A stretch of 64,000 nucleotides of DNA from an uncultured Acetatifactor sp. (GTDB lineage Bacteria; Bacillota; Clostridia; Lachnospirales; Lachnospiraceae): NCBI GenBank assembly GCA_910585805.1, contig CAJUFB010000015.1, positions 1,793 through 65,792 on the forward strand. The letters are read 5' to 3'. The position numbers were made by a program, and so were the translations under genes. Every line of letters begins with the position of its first letter. Position 1 is the first letter of the stretch. Positions 1-8,164 of this stretch are shown in pieces. The notes below the pieces were generated by a model, which was given only the letters and a program-made list of their open reading frames with translations, made no database searches and was not told the DNA's origin.

Positions 1-89
1 AGGATTGCTGACAGGAGGCATGAAAGCGGACAGCAGCATGAGGCATTGCAGGCAGGGATGGTATGGATGCAGGATGAGGAGAGAATAGA

Positions 90-3000
90 ATGCTGAGAGT
101 CATAAAGATCAGAATGGAATATCTGGAACATCCGGTGGGGCTGGGAGGGCTTCCCTGGTTTGGCTGGGTACTGGACAGCGACAGAAAAAATGTGGTGCAG
201 AAGGCATATCAGCTGCAGATTGCCCGGGAGCCGCAGTTTGAGAATATGATATATGACAGCGGGTTTGTGGAGAGCAGTGAATCCGTCCATGTTGAAGTCC
301 CGGCATACCGGGAGGATGACCAGACGGAAGAAGGTGCCGTGGGGCAGGAGGGCGCCGCATGTCGGGAAGGCGGCGCAGGGCAGGAAGGGGCCGTATGTCG
401 GGAAAGCGGTGAAGAGCGGGAAGAGGCCGTATGTCGGGAAAGCGGTGAAGAACGGGAAGGCGCCCCGTGTCGGGAAGGCGGCGCAGGGCAGGAAAGGGCC
501 GGATGCCCGGAAAGCGGTGACCGGGGAGAATCCTGCGGCAGCCCGCTCAGGGAGAAGTTGCGTTCCTGCACGGAATATTTTGTCCGGGTGCGGGTCAGCG
601 ACGGGGTGGAGGAGAGTCCTTACAGCGGGACGGCTTCCTTTGTGACGGGAATTCTGAACCGGGATGAGTGGCAGGCGGAATTCATAACAGCGGAGGAGGA
701 AGCGGACAGTGTAAGTTCGGGCAGCACCTGTCTGACAAAGCAAATCAGGATAGACGGCAAGGCGGCATCCGCATATGTGTGCGTCACAGGATTGGGATTA
801 TATCGGTTTTTCGTGAACGGAGAGAAGGCGGGGGACGATGAAATGACTCCCGGATGGACCTCATACCATAAGCATCTGTGCTACCAGACCTATGACGTGA
901 CAGCGCTTTTGAAAGAGGGAGAAAATACGTTGCAGGCCATGCTGGGGGCAGGCTGGTACAAAGGGAAGATGGGATTCCTGCTGCGGAGGAACAATTACGG
1001 CACCCGGACGGCGTTTCTGATGCAGCTGACAGTCCGGTATGAGGACGGCCGGGAGGAAGTGTTTGTAACGGACAACAGCTGGCAGGGACGGCCCGGCCCC
1101 GTTACTTTCTCGGAGATATATGACGGAGAACATTACGATGCCCGGCTGGAGCGGGAGAGCATGCGATTCGATGTGGGCGAGACAGACCCGGAGCCAGGGG
1201 ACCGAAGCACCAATACGGGAGAGGCAGATCCGGCGTCGGAAGACCGAAGCACCAATACAGGAGAGGCAGACCCAGTGTCGGAAGACCGAAGCACCAAAGC
1301 AGGAGAGGCAGAGCCGGAAGACCATAGCTCCGAAGCGGGAGAGACTGTCGCAGAGCCGGTCAGGAGGAAAGCCGGAGCAGGAGAAACGGATGGGAAATCG
1401 ACAGGAGCTGCCCTGAACCGGGACTGGAAACCGGTGCAGGTGATTCCGTTTCCGAAAGAGACGCTAACAGCCCAGGCGGGCAGCAGAGTGGGGAAAATGG
1501 AGCATCTGCAGGCGAGGGAAGTGCTGATGACGCCGAAAGGCGAGACTGTGATTGATTTCGGGCAGAATCTGTCGGGCCGGGTACATTTCAAGGTACAGGC
1601 AGAAGAGGGCAGTGAGATCGTACTGAAATGCTTTGAGACGTTGGATGCAGACGGAAACGTATATACGGCGAATCTGCGTTCCGCCAGACAGGAGATCCGT
1701 TATATCTGCAGGGGAGGAGGGAGAGAGGAATACCATCCGCTCTTTACCTTCATGGGATTCCGGTATGTGCAGGTGCTGAAATGGCCGGGAGAGGTGAAAC
1801 GGGAAGATTTCTCGGCGTATGCGCTGTACTCCCGGATGGAGCAGACGGGAACCTTCCGCTGCTCCCATCCCCTGGTGAACAGGCTGCAGCAGAATATTCT
1901 ATGGGGACTGAAGGGAAATTTCCTGGATATTCCCACGGACTGTCCCCAGCGGGATGAAAGAGTGGGATGGACGGGAGATGCCCAGATTTTCTGCAGAACC
2001 GCCTGCTATCTCATGAATGCATACACCTTTTTCCGGAAATGGCTGAAGGATGTGGCGGCGGATCAGACGCCGGAAGGAGGCGTGCCCCATGTGGTGCCGG
2101 ACATCATCAGCGGAAAAGAGGAAGGCGACTGGCTGCTGTCCCAGGGAACCCATTCGGCGGCGGCCTGGGCGGACGTGGCGGTGATCAATCCGTGGACCCT
2201 GTATCTGATCTACGGTGACAGAACCATACTGGAAGAGCAGTATGACAGCATGAAGAAGTGGATTGGCTTCATGGAAGCCCATTCCGTGGATTATATATGG
2301 AATTATAAGCTGCAGTTCGGGGACTGGGTGGCCCTGGACGCGGAGGAGGGTAGTTATTTCGGCGCCACCCCCAACGACCTGACCTGTACGGCGTATTTTG
2401 CTTATTCCACAGGGCTTTTTGCCAAAATTGCGGATATCCTGGGAAAGCCTGAGGATGCGGCGTACTATGGCGCTTTGTATGAAAAAATTCTGGAAAAATT
2501 CCGGGACACTTTCTTTACGGATGACGGCTATATGACGGCACAGACTCAGACCGCGCATATTGTGGCGCTGTATTTCAACCTGACGCCGGAAGCCTTCCGC
2601 CAACAGACCGCAAAGCGGCTGGTGGAACTGCTTCGGAAAGAAGGGGGACATCTGGTGACGGGATTTGTGGGGACTCCTTATTTCTGCCATGTCCTCAGCA
2701 GCAACGGTTACGTCAAAGAGGCCTATGAGCTGCTGCTGAAGGAGGATTTCCCTTCCTGGCTGTACCAGGTGAAAATGGGAGCAACCACTGTCTGGGAGCA
2801 CTGGGACGGGCTGAAGCCGGACGGAACCATGTGGAGCCCGGACATGAATTCCTTCAACCATTATGCCTATGGCGCTGTGGGCGACTGGCTGTACCGGGTG
2901 GTCCTGGGGATGGAACCGGACCAGCGGGACCCCGGCTATCATCATTCCGTTATCAGCCCTCAGACGGGAGACGCCTTTGATTTCGCGGAAGGCGCGTACG

Positions 3001-3224
3001 AGAGCGTATATGGCACCTTAAGGGTTCACTGGGAAAAGGGGAAGGAGGATCAAAATGTCCGCAGGCTTCTGATCACCATCCCCCACAATACCACCGCCGA
3101 GATACGTTTGGAAAAAGGGGCATGCCGGGTCAGGGCAAAGGGGCTGGAATTCGTTTCGGAGGAAGGAATCCTCACCGCCCGCTGCGGTTCCGGACAGTGG
3201 GAGGTCAGCTATTTGCATGAATGA
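90..3224 (+). CDS. alpha-L-rhamnosidase, glycoside hydrolase family 78, with two in-frame tandem-repeat insertions
   Basis: 1044-aa ORF. It shows motifs I associate with bacterial GH78: N-terminal EYLEHPVGL..PWFGW, DIPTDCPQRDERVGWTGDAQIF, and WEHWDG...SFNHYAYGAVGDWLY. GAGGAG lies 8 nt upstream of ATG 90. Confidence 0.8.
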   Translation: MLRVIKIRMEYLEHPVGLGGLPWFGWVLDSDRKNVVQKAYQLQIAREPQFENMIYDSGFVESSESVHVEVPAYREDDQTEEGAVGQEGAACREGGAGQEGAVCRESGEEREEAVCRESGEEREGAPCREGGAGQERAGCPESGDRGESCGSPLREKLRSCTEYFVRVRVSDGVEESPYSGTASFVTGILNRDEWQAEFITAEEEADSVSSGSTCLTKQIRIDGKAASAYVCVTGLGLYRFFVNGEKAGDDEMTPGWTSYHKHLCYQTYDVTALLKEGENTLQAMLGAGWYKGKMGFLLRRNNYGTRTAFLMQLTVRYEDGREEVFVTDNSWQGRPGPVTFSEIYDGEHYDARLERESMRFDVGETDPEPGDRSTNTGEADPASEDRSTNTGEADPVSEDRSTKAGEAEPEDHSSEAGETVAEPVRRKAGAGETDGKSTGAALNRDWKPVQVIPFPKETLTAQAGSRVGKMEHLQAREVLMTPKGETVIDFGQNLSGRVHFKVQAEEGSEIVLKCFETLDADGNVYTANLRSARQEIRYICRGGGREEYHPLFTFMGFRYVQVLKWPGEVKREDFSAYALYSRMEQTGTFRCSHPLVNRLQQNILWGLKGNFLDIPTDCPQRDERVGWTGDAQIFCRTACYLMNAYTFFRKWLKDVAADQTPEGGVPHVVPDIISGKEEGDWLLSQGTHSAAAWADVAVINPWTLYLIYGDRTILEEQYDSMKKWIGFMEAHSVDYIWNYKLQFGDWVALDAEEGSYFGATPNDLTCTAYFAYSTGLFAKIADILGKPEDAAYYGALYEKILEKFRDTFFTDDGYMTAQTQTAHIVALYFNLTPEAFRQQTAKRLVELLRKEGGHLVTGFVGTPYFCHVLSSNGYVKEAYELLLKEDFPSWLYQVKMGATTVWEHWDGLKPDGTMWSPDMNSFNHYAYGAVGDWLYRVVLGMEPDQRDPGYHHSVISPQTGDAFDFAEGAYESVYGTLRVHWEKGKEDQNVRRLLITIPHNTTAEIRLEKGACRVRAKGLEFVSEEGILTARCGSGQWEVSYLHE
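318..533 (+). repeat. in-frame tandem repeat, 36-bp period, about 6 units (12-aa unit with one Cys per unit)
   Basis: Units at 354-389, 390-425, 426-461, 462-497 and 498-533, plus a degenerate leading unit. Units 390 and 426 are near-identical (GCCGTATGTCGGGAAAGCGGTGAAGA..). Units 354 and 462 are near-identical. Confidence 0.9.
1176..1343 (+). repeat. in-frame tandem repeat, 42-bp period, about 4 units (DRSTNTGEADPxSE)
   Basis: Units 1200-1241 and 1242-1283 are near-identical. Unit 1284-1319 carries a 6-bp deletion. The flanking units are degenerate. Confidence 0.85.
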
Positions 3225-3508
3225 CCTGTACTCCGGGCCACCGGGATTTTCCAGGCTGTTCCGGGTAAGAACAGATACGCACGCTCAAAAACATCTGCCG
3301 GACAAACGCTTTAACAAAGTCCGCAGCTACAGTGACTTTATGAGCGCTTCTGCAATATTATTATGGGAATGGTGGGAAAATAGCTGTAAACTTATGGCAG
3401 TTATTTGCAGACATTTCCCTGATAACAGGATCCGTTTTTTGCTTCTATCGTGGGGAACAGGAAACGGCAAATATGTGCGCTCACCAGTATAAAGGAGCAG
3501 ATATCGCC

Positions 3509-5704
3509 ATGATCATACATAAAAACGGATTTACAATGGAAATAAAACTATATTACAGCAGGAATGAAATCTGGATCCCTGTGCCGGAGGAATGCTGTAC
3601 GGAGACAGGCTGTGATTTTCGGACAAAGGATGCCCGGTATCAGGCAGTCTTTGAAGAGAAGGGGGAAGAGGAGACGGCGTTTCGGATGGGATTTGAGGCT
3701 GCCTGCGACACCCGGATGAAGCTGGAGGTTTCCCTGCCCGGAGAAGAAGATTACTACCATGTAATTCCCTGCAATATCTACGGTGACAACCATGCGGAGG
3801 AGGTGCGTAATGCGCATAGGATGCGCATAGGAGAATTTCCTTTATTGACCAGGGAACATCCGGAAGCGGCATTCTGCTCCCCCTGTTGGGAATTCCGTGC
3901 CGACAGGGCAGCCATGCCTGTATCTGCCCTCTGCTGTAAAAAGGGGACGGCGGCGGTATCCGTGGAACCTTATTCGGAGGAAGAGGGGAGAGAAGATGGG
4001 ACGTACCTGAAAAACGGCCTCTTTGCGGCGCTGCCGGACAGCTTCGGCGTGACGCTGGGCTATACAAATGATCCGGTGACCTTCCTGAACCGCTCCGTGC
4101 CTGCCGCCGCCACGGGAAGCCGGGGGAGGAAGGCTTCCGTTACGGGACGGATATATACACTGGCGGGCAAAGGAAGGCCTGCCATTCATGACATTGTGCG
4201 CAGAGAATATGAGAAAAGGCATGTGCGGCCTTCCTTCAGGAAAACATTCCGGCAGGCTGCGGAGGCAATGCTGGACGCTTTCTGCTGTCTGAATTACGAC
4301 CCGGACACAGGAGAGTATACCAACAGAAAATGCAGGCCTTTCAAAGAACAGGAATTAAAGCCCTGGAGAAATGTGGTGGAAATCGGCTGGACCGGCGGTG
4401 CGATACTGGCGTATCCCCTTGTGATGAGCAGGTATCTGTTGGGCGTGCCGGAGGACAGCAAGCCGATGCAGGTTCTGCCAGAGGAAGATAAGCCGACGCA
4501 GGCACTGTCAGAGGATGGTAAGTCGACGCGGGAGTTGTCAGAGGATGGTAAGTCGATGCAGGAGCTGTCAGAGGAAGATGAGCCGATGCAGGAGCTGTCA
4601 GGGGATGGTAAGTTGACGCAGGCACTGCCAGAGGAAAATAAGCCGGCACTGGTTTTGTCGGTGGAGGAGAAGTTGGCCCGGGTTCTGTCAGGAGAGGAGA
4701 TGATCGACAGAATCGTTGGGGGATACCGGGAGGAATCAGGATTTTTCCTGGATCTGTATGCCCCGGTGGGAGAGGGCTTAAGCGGACGTCTGAACGGCTG
4801 GTGGACATATTATGGCCTGTGCAGAGACTGTCACTGTGCTTACATCCAGGGCAGTGCGGTGTACTATATTCTGAAGACCATTCTTTTCCTGAAGAAAAAG
4901 GGCGTGCCGTACCGTGAGACATGGCTGGAAGGATGCAGGAAAGTGCTGGATACCGTGGTTTCGCTCCAGAGGGAAGACGGAGCTTTCGGCTATACCTATT
5001 CTGCCCTTGAGAAAAAGGTGTTGGACTGGGAGGGCTTTGCAGGCTGCTGGTTCGTGCCGGGGCTTCTCTATCTGGCCCGGCTTACGGGAGAGTGTTCCTA
5101 TGTGGAGGCGGCGAGAAAAGCACATGAATATTATCGAAATTTCGTATATAATCTGGATTGCTGGGGAGCGCCCATGGATACCTGGAAGGCGGTGGATCAG
5201 GAAGGAAATCTAAGCTTCCTCCACGGCAGCAGGCTGCTCTATGAGGAGACCGGGGAAGCGCGGTTTCTGGAGGATATGAAATGCAGCGCGGGCTATGAAT
5301 TCCTGTGGCGCTACGGCTACCCCACCCGCCCGGAGCATCCCCCGGTGAAAGACGGCTGGAATGCCTGCGGCGGCTCCGTGACTTCCGTGTCAAATCCCCA
5401 TATCCATCCCATGGGCGTGCTGGCGGACGAGGATCTGCTGTATCTGGCTGAGGTTACCGGGGATGCCTATTATCGGGAACGGGCGTTGGATTCCGCTGCC
5501 TGGATGATGCAGACATTGGAATTATATCCGGATAAGACAGGCTACGGGCGCTACGGCATTCTCTCCGAGAGATGGTGCCCTTCCGACGGGCTGGTGACGG
5601 AGCGGTATGACAACGGTGAGCCTTACGGTTCCTGGTTCAGCTACAATCTGTGGGCGGCGGCCAATGTGTTTGAGGCGGTTCTGCATAACCTGGGCATTGG
5701 ATAA
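3509..5704 (+). CDS. hypothetical protein, possibly an (alpha/alpha)6-barrel glycosidase-like enzyme, with an in-frame 10-aa tandem-repeat insertion
   Basis: The ORF track opens at 3473. I prefer ATG 3509, which is preceded by AAAGGAG at 3491-3497. The C-terminal half is rich in W/Y/G with spacing reminiscent of six-hairpin glycosidases, and the gene is adjacent to GH78. The function is inference only. Confidence 0.55.
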   Translation: MIIHKNGFTMEIKLYYSRNEIWIPVPEECCTETGCDFRTKDARYQAVFEEKGEEETAFRMGFEAACDTRMKLEVSLPGEEDYYHVIPCNIYGDNHAEEVRNAHRMRIGEFPLLTREHPEAAFCSPCWEFRADRAAMPVSALCCKKGTAAVSVEPYSEEEGREDGTYLKNGLFAALPDSFGVTLGYTNDPVTFLNRSVPAAATGSRGRKASVTGRIYTLAGKGRPAIHDIVRREYEKRHVRPSFRKTFRQAAEAMLDAFCCLNYDPDTGEYTNRKCRPFKEQELKPWRNVVEIGWTGGAILAYPLVMSRYLLGVPEDSKPMQVLPEEDKPTQALSEDGKSTRELSEDGKSMQELSEEDEPMQELSGDGKLTQALPEENKPALVLSVEEKLARVLSGEEMIDRIVGGYREESGFFLDLYAPVGEGLSGRLNGWWTYYGLCRDCHCAYIQGSAVYYILKTILFLKKKGVPYRETWLEGCRKVLDTVVSLQREDGAFGYTYSALEKKVLDWEGFAGCWFVPGLLYLARLTGECSYVEAARKAHEYYRNFVYNLDCWGAPMDTWKAVDQEGNLSFLHGSRLLYEETGEARFLEDMKCSAGYEFLWRYGYPTRPEHPPVKDGWNACGGSVTSVSNPHIHPMGVLADEDLLYLAEVTGDAYYRERALDSAAWMMQTLELYPDKTGYGRYGILSERWCPSDGLVTERYDNGEPYGSWFSYNLWAAANVFEAVLHNLGIG
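4451..4690 (+). repeat. in-frame tandem repeat, 30-bp period, 8 units (E-[ED]-x-K-[PS]-x-Q-x-L-[SP])
   Basis: Eight consecutive 30-bp units start at 4451, 4481, 4511, 4541, 4571, 4601, 4631 and 4661. The consensus is GAGGA-GGTAAG-CGA-GCAGGAGCTGTCA. Confidence 0.9.
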
Positions 5705-5731
5705 CCAAAATAGAAGGAAGGAGTTGCGCGG

Positions 5732-6505
5732 ATGCTGACACAGTTTTCAAGAACGGAATTACTGCTGGGAAAAAAGGCAATGGAAAAGCTGGCTGCCGCA
5801 AGAGTGGCGGTTTTCGGGATCGGCGGTGTGGGCGGATATGTCTGTGAGGCGCTTGTGCGGAGCGGTGTGGGCGCGTTTGACCTGACAGACAACGATAAGG
5901 TCTGCCTGACCAACTTGAACCGCCAGATCATAGCCACGTGGAAAACCATAGGAAGATATAAGACAGAAGTGATGAGGGAGAGGATAATTGACATCAATCC
6001 TGATGCGGAGGTACGGATCCATAACTGTTTCTTTCTGCCGGAAAATGCGGATGCGTTTCCCTTTGAGGAATATGATTATATTGTGGATGCTGTAGACACA
6101 GTCAGCGCGAAGATCGAACTGGTTATGAAAGCGCAGGAAAAAGGCGTGCCGATCATCAGCAGTATGGGGGCGGGGAATAAACTGGACGGCAGCCTGTTCC
6201 GGGTCTGTGACATCTATCAGACAAAGATGTGTCCTCTGGCGAAGGTCATGCGGAGGGAACTGAAGAAGCGCGGCATAAGGAAACTGAAAGTGGTTTATTC
6301 GGAAGAAGCCCCGATAAAACCATTTGAAGACGCGGAAGTAGTCAATGGGGAAAACAATATCTTTCCGCCCGGAACAGAACAGGAACATACACAGAGAAGG
6401 GCCATTCCGGGAAGCGTGGCATTTGTTCCGTCCGTGGCAGGATTGATTATTGCGGGTGAGACAGTGAAAGACCTGTGCAGGACGGAAATGGAGACAGACA
6501 TATAG
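5732..6505 (+). CDS. tcdA: tRNA threonylcarbamoyladenosine dehydratase (ThiF/MoeB/HesA family, TcdA/CsdL-like)
   Basis: N-terminal FSRTELLLG...VAVFGIGGVGGYVCEALVRSGVG.FDL.DNDKVCLTNLNRQ is a Rossmann/E1-like signature typical of TcdA. GGAG lies 8 nt upstream of the ATG. Confidence 0.75.
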   Translation: MLTQFSRTELLLGKKAMEKLAAARVAVFGIGGVGGYVCEALVRSGVGAFDLTDNDKVCLTNLNRQIIATWKTIGRYKTEVMRERIIDINPDAEVRIHNCFFLPENADAFPFEEYDYIVDAVDTVSAKIELVMKAQEKGVPIISSMGAGNKLDGSLFRVCDIYQTKMCPLAKVMRRELKKRGIRKLKVVYSEEAPIKPFEDAEVVNGENNIFPPGTEQEHTQRRAIPGSVAFVPSVAGLIIAGETVKDLCRTEMETDI

Positions 6506-6535
6506 GCTGATGCGCTGCTGCGCTATCAGGAAAGC

Positions 6536-6571
6536 ATGCCGCAGGCAGGGAATCTGTCCGCGGCATTTTAC
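6536..6571 (+). terminator. weak putative terminator after tcdA
   Basis: 7-bp stem ATGCCGC (6536-6542) / GCGGCAT (6560-6566) followed by TTTTA. The loop is long, so the call is weak. Confidence 0.25.
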
Positions 6572-6609
6572 CACTTATAAACCGGAGATTACCTCTTGCG
6601 CAAAAGCGG

Positions 6610-6637
6610 TTTACAGATTTCGGATTTTCTGTATACT
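6610..6637 (+). promoter_or_regulatory. putative sigma-A promoter for the LytTR/membrane-protein pair
   Basis: TTTACA (6610-6615), a 16-nt spacer, then TATACT (6632-6637), about 95 nt upstream of ATG 6732. Confidence 0.35.
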
Positions 6638-6731
6638 GGAACCATAAGCTTATAAAAGGACCAGGGTCGGACAGAGCAGGAACTGGTTATAGCCAATTCC
6701 TTAAGAACATCGCAGCAGAAAAGGAAATGAT

Positions 6732-7193
6732 ATGAAGGTAAAGATTGAGATCGAGGAAGGACTGGCAGAAGAGGAAGTCATCCTCCGGTGCAGCCGCTTA
6801 AGCGACAATATCGTCAGCCTGCAAAACTACATATCGAAACAGGGAAACGCCAGACGATGCCTTTCCCTGCGGAATGCCGGGACGGAATTCTATATCCCCA
6901 TGGAGGATATCTATTTCTTTGAGACAGAGGGACGCCAGATGCGCGCCCACACGGCGGACCGGATTTTTTCCTGTGACTACAGGCTCTACGAACTGGAGGA
7001 GCTTTTGCCGGGAAGCTTTATGCGGATCTCCAAATCATCCATTGCAAATCTGGATCTGGTCTACTCCGTCACAAGAAACCTGACGGCATCCAGCGTGATG
7101 GAGTTTGCGGGAAGCAGCAAAAAAGCTATGGTGTCCCGGGCTTATTTCAAGGCAGTGACAGAACGCCTGAAGGACAGAAAGCTCGGGGTGTAG
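6732..7193 (+). CDS. stand-alone LytTR-family DNA-binding protein (no receiver domain)
   Basis: 153 aa. The segment FYIPMEDIYFFETEGRQMRAHTADRIFSCDYRLYELEELLPGSFMRISKSSIANLDLV matches the LytTR fold signature. Confidence 0.75.
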   Translation: MKVKIEIEEGLAEEEVILRCSRLSDNIVSLQNYISKQGNARRCLSLRNAGTEFYIPMEDIYFFETEGRQMRAHTADRIFSCDYRLYELEELLPGSFMRISKSSIANLDLVYSVTRNLTASSVMEFAGSSKKAMVSRAYFKAVTERLKDRKLGV

Positions 7194-7228
7194 AAGGTGC
7201 AGATGCGGAACTGAAACAGGAGGTAATT

Positions 7229-7939
7229 ATGAGTAGCAGAAAAAGTTTTTTTGGGGGAATGGTTCTTTTGCTGGCGGCGGCAGCCCTGCTGCTGGGCAGG
7301 CTTGGATATCTGGAGGGAGTAGGATTCTGGACAATCCTGTTCAGCGCGTTCCTGATATCATTTCTGGTGAAGGGCATTGTGAGGCTGAGGATCGGCACGA
7401 TCCTGTTTTCACTGGCTTTTCTGGTCATTGTCAACGATAAATGGCTGCATCTGGAGGCTATTACGCCCTGGCCCGTTCTGGGAGCTGCATTACTGGGTAC
7501 CATCGGGCTGAAAATGCTGTTTCCGAAGCTTGGCAGGTACCGGGGCAGCCATCTTGTGAGAATAGGTGAGTGGAACGGAAACAGCATGATACAGGATTAT
7601 ACCGGGGACGGGGAATGTGTTTCTTATGACAATGTTTTTGGCCAGTCGGTAAAGTATGTGTCAGGGGTTATCCGCCAGGTGGATGTGGATAATGTGTTCG
7701 GGTCCGTGCAGATCTATTTTACGGAAGCATTTCTATACGGAGGCACCGCCTCTGTAAATGTGGACAATGTATTCGGAAGTGTGGTAATCTATGTCCCGCA
7801 GGCATGGAGAGTGGAACTGAATACGGAAAATGTATTCGGCTTTTCGAAGCAGTCGGGAAAACGCAGTATGGATGGGGAAAATGTGATCCATGTAGGCGGC
7901 GACGTGATCTTCGGAAATCTGGAGGTGATATCCGTGTAA
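7229..7939 (+). CDS. polytopic membrane protein with a LiaF/YvqF-like C-terminal domain (repeated DNVFGS motif)
   Basis: The N-terminus has about 4 hydrophobic helices. The C-terminal half carries 5 repeats of (D/E)NVFG(S/Q/F). AGGAGG lies 7 nt upstream of the ATG. Confidence 0.65.
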   Translation: MSSRKSFFGGMVLLLAAAALLLGRLGYLEGVGFWTILFSAFLISFLVKGIVRLRIGTILFSLAFLVIVNDKWLHLEAITPWPVLGAALLGTIGLKMLFPKLGRYRGSHLVRIGEWNGNSMIQDYTGDGECVSYDNVFGQSVKYVSGVIRQVDVDNVFGSVQIYFTEAFLYGGTASVNVDNVFGSVVIYVPQAWRVELNTENVFGFSKQSGKRSMDGENVIHVGGDVIFGNLEVISV

Positions 7940-7998
7940 CATTTGAGCGCGGCTTTCGGGTGCGGGCCGGACACCGGCTTGGATGAGTGAGCAGGAAT

Positions 7999-8096
7999 TA
8001 TACTGCAGACCGCCAGGATTTACAGTGATGCCTCCGGGAAAATACCTGGCGGTCTGCAGTCGGGATGTACTGCAGATTCAACCGGTGCGCAGTATA
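7999..8096 (+). repeat. MITE/REP-like palindromic element, copy A
   Basis: Starts TATACTGCAGACC and ends GGTGCGCAGTATA. It has a 15-bp perfect internal stem, 8003-8017 paired with 8045-8059. It aligns with the copies at 17565-17666 (inverted) and 60103-60204. Confidence 0.85.
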
Positions 8097-8122
8097 AATG
8101 AGACAGAGGAACGTAGGGCAGG

Positions 8123-8164
8123 CCCTCCGCATATCTTATAGAAAGGTATGCGGAGGGTCTTTTT
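8123..8164 (+). terminator. intrinsic-terminator-like hairpin whose 3' arm contains the amidase Shine-Dalgarno sequence
   Basis: 11-bp perfect stem CCCTCCGCATA (8123-8133) / TATGCGGAGGG (8147-8157), followed by TCTTTTT and then ATG 8165. Confidence 0.6.

Noticed and set aside
3217-3492. A 91-aa ORF between the two glycosidase genes.
   Set aside because: It overlaps the GH78 stop, lacks an RBS, and translates to a W/R/F-rich peptide with no motif. It is probably spacer sequence carrying the promoter of the next gene.
318-4690. Whether the 36-, 42- and 30-bp repeat arrays could be CRISPR arrays.
   Set aside because: The units are directly abutting with no unique spacers. They are strictly in frame inside long ORFs, and no cas genes are present.
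7999-8096. Whether the repeat element is a self-cleaving ribozyme (hammerhead, twister) or a tRNA-like or riboswitch RNA.
   Set aside because: - The loop contains GTGATG...GAAA, which superficially recalls a hammerhead core.
- However, CUGAUGA is not present, and stems II and III cannot be drawn.
- There is no twister-like pseudoknot signature.
- The terminal inverted repeats and mixed orientations fit a MITE-like repeat better.
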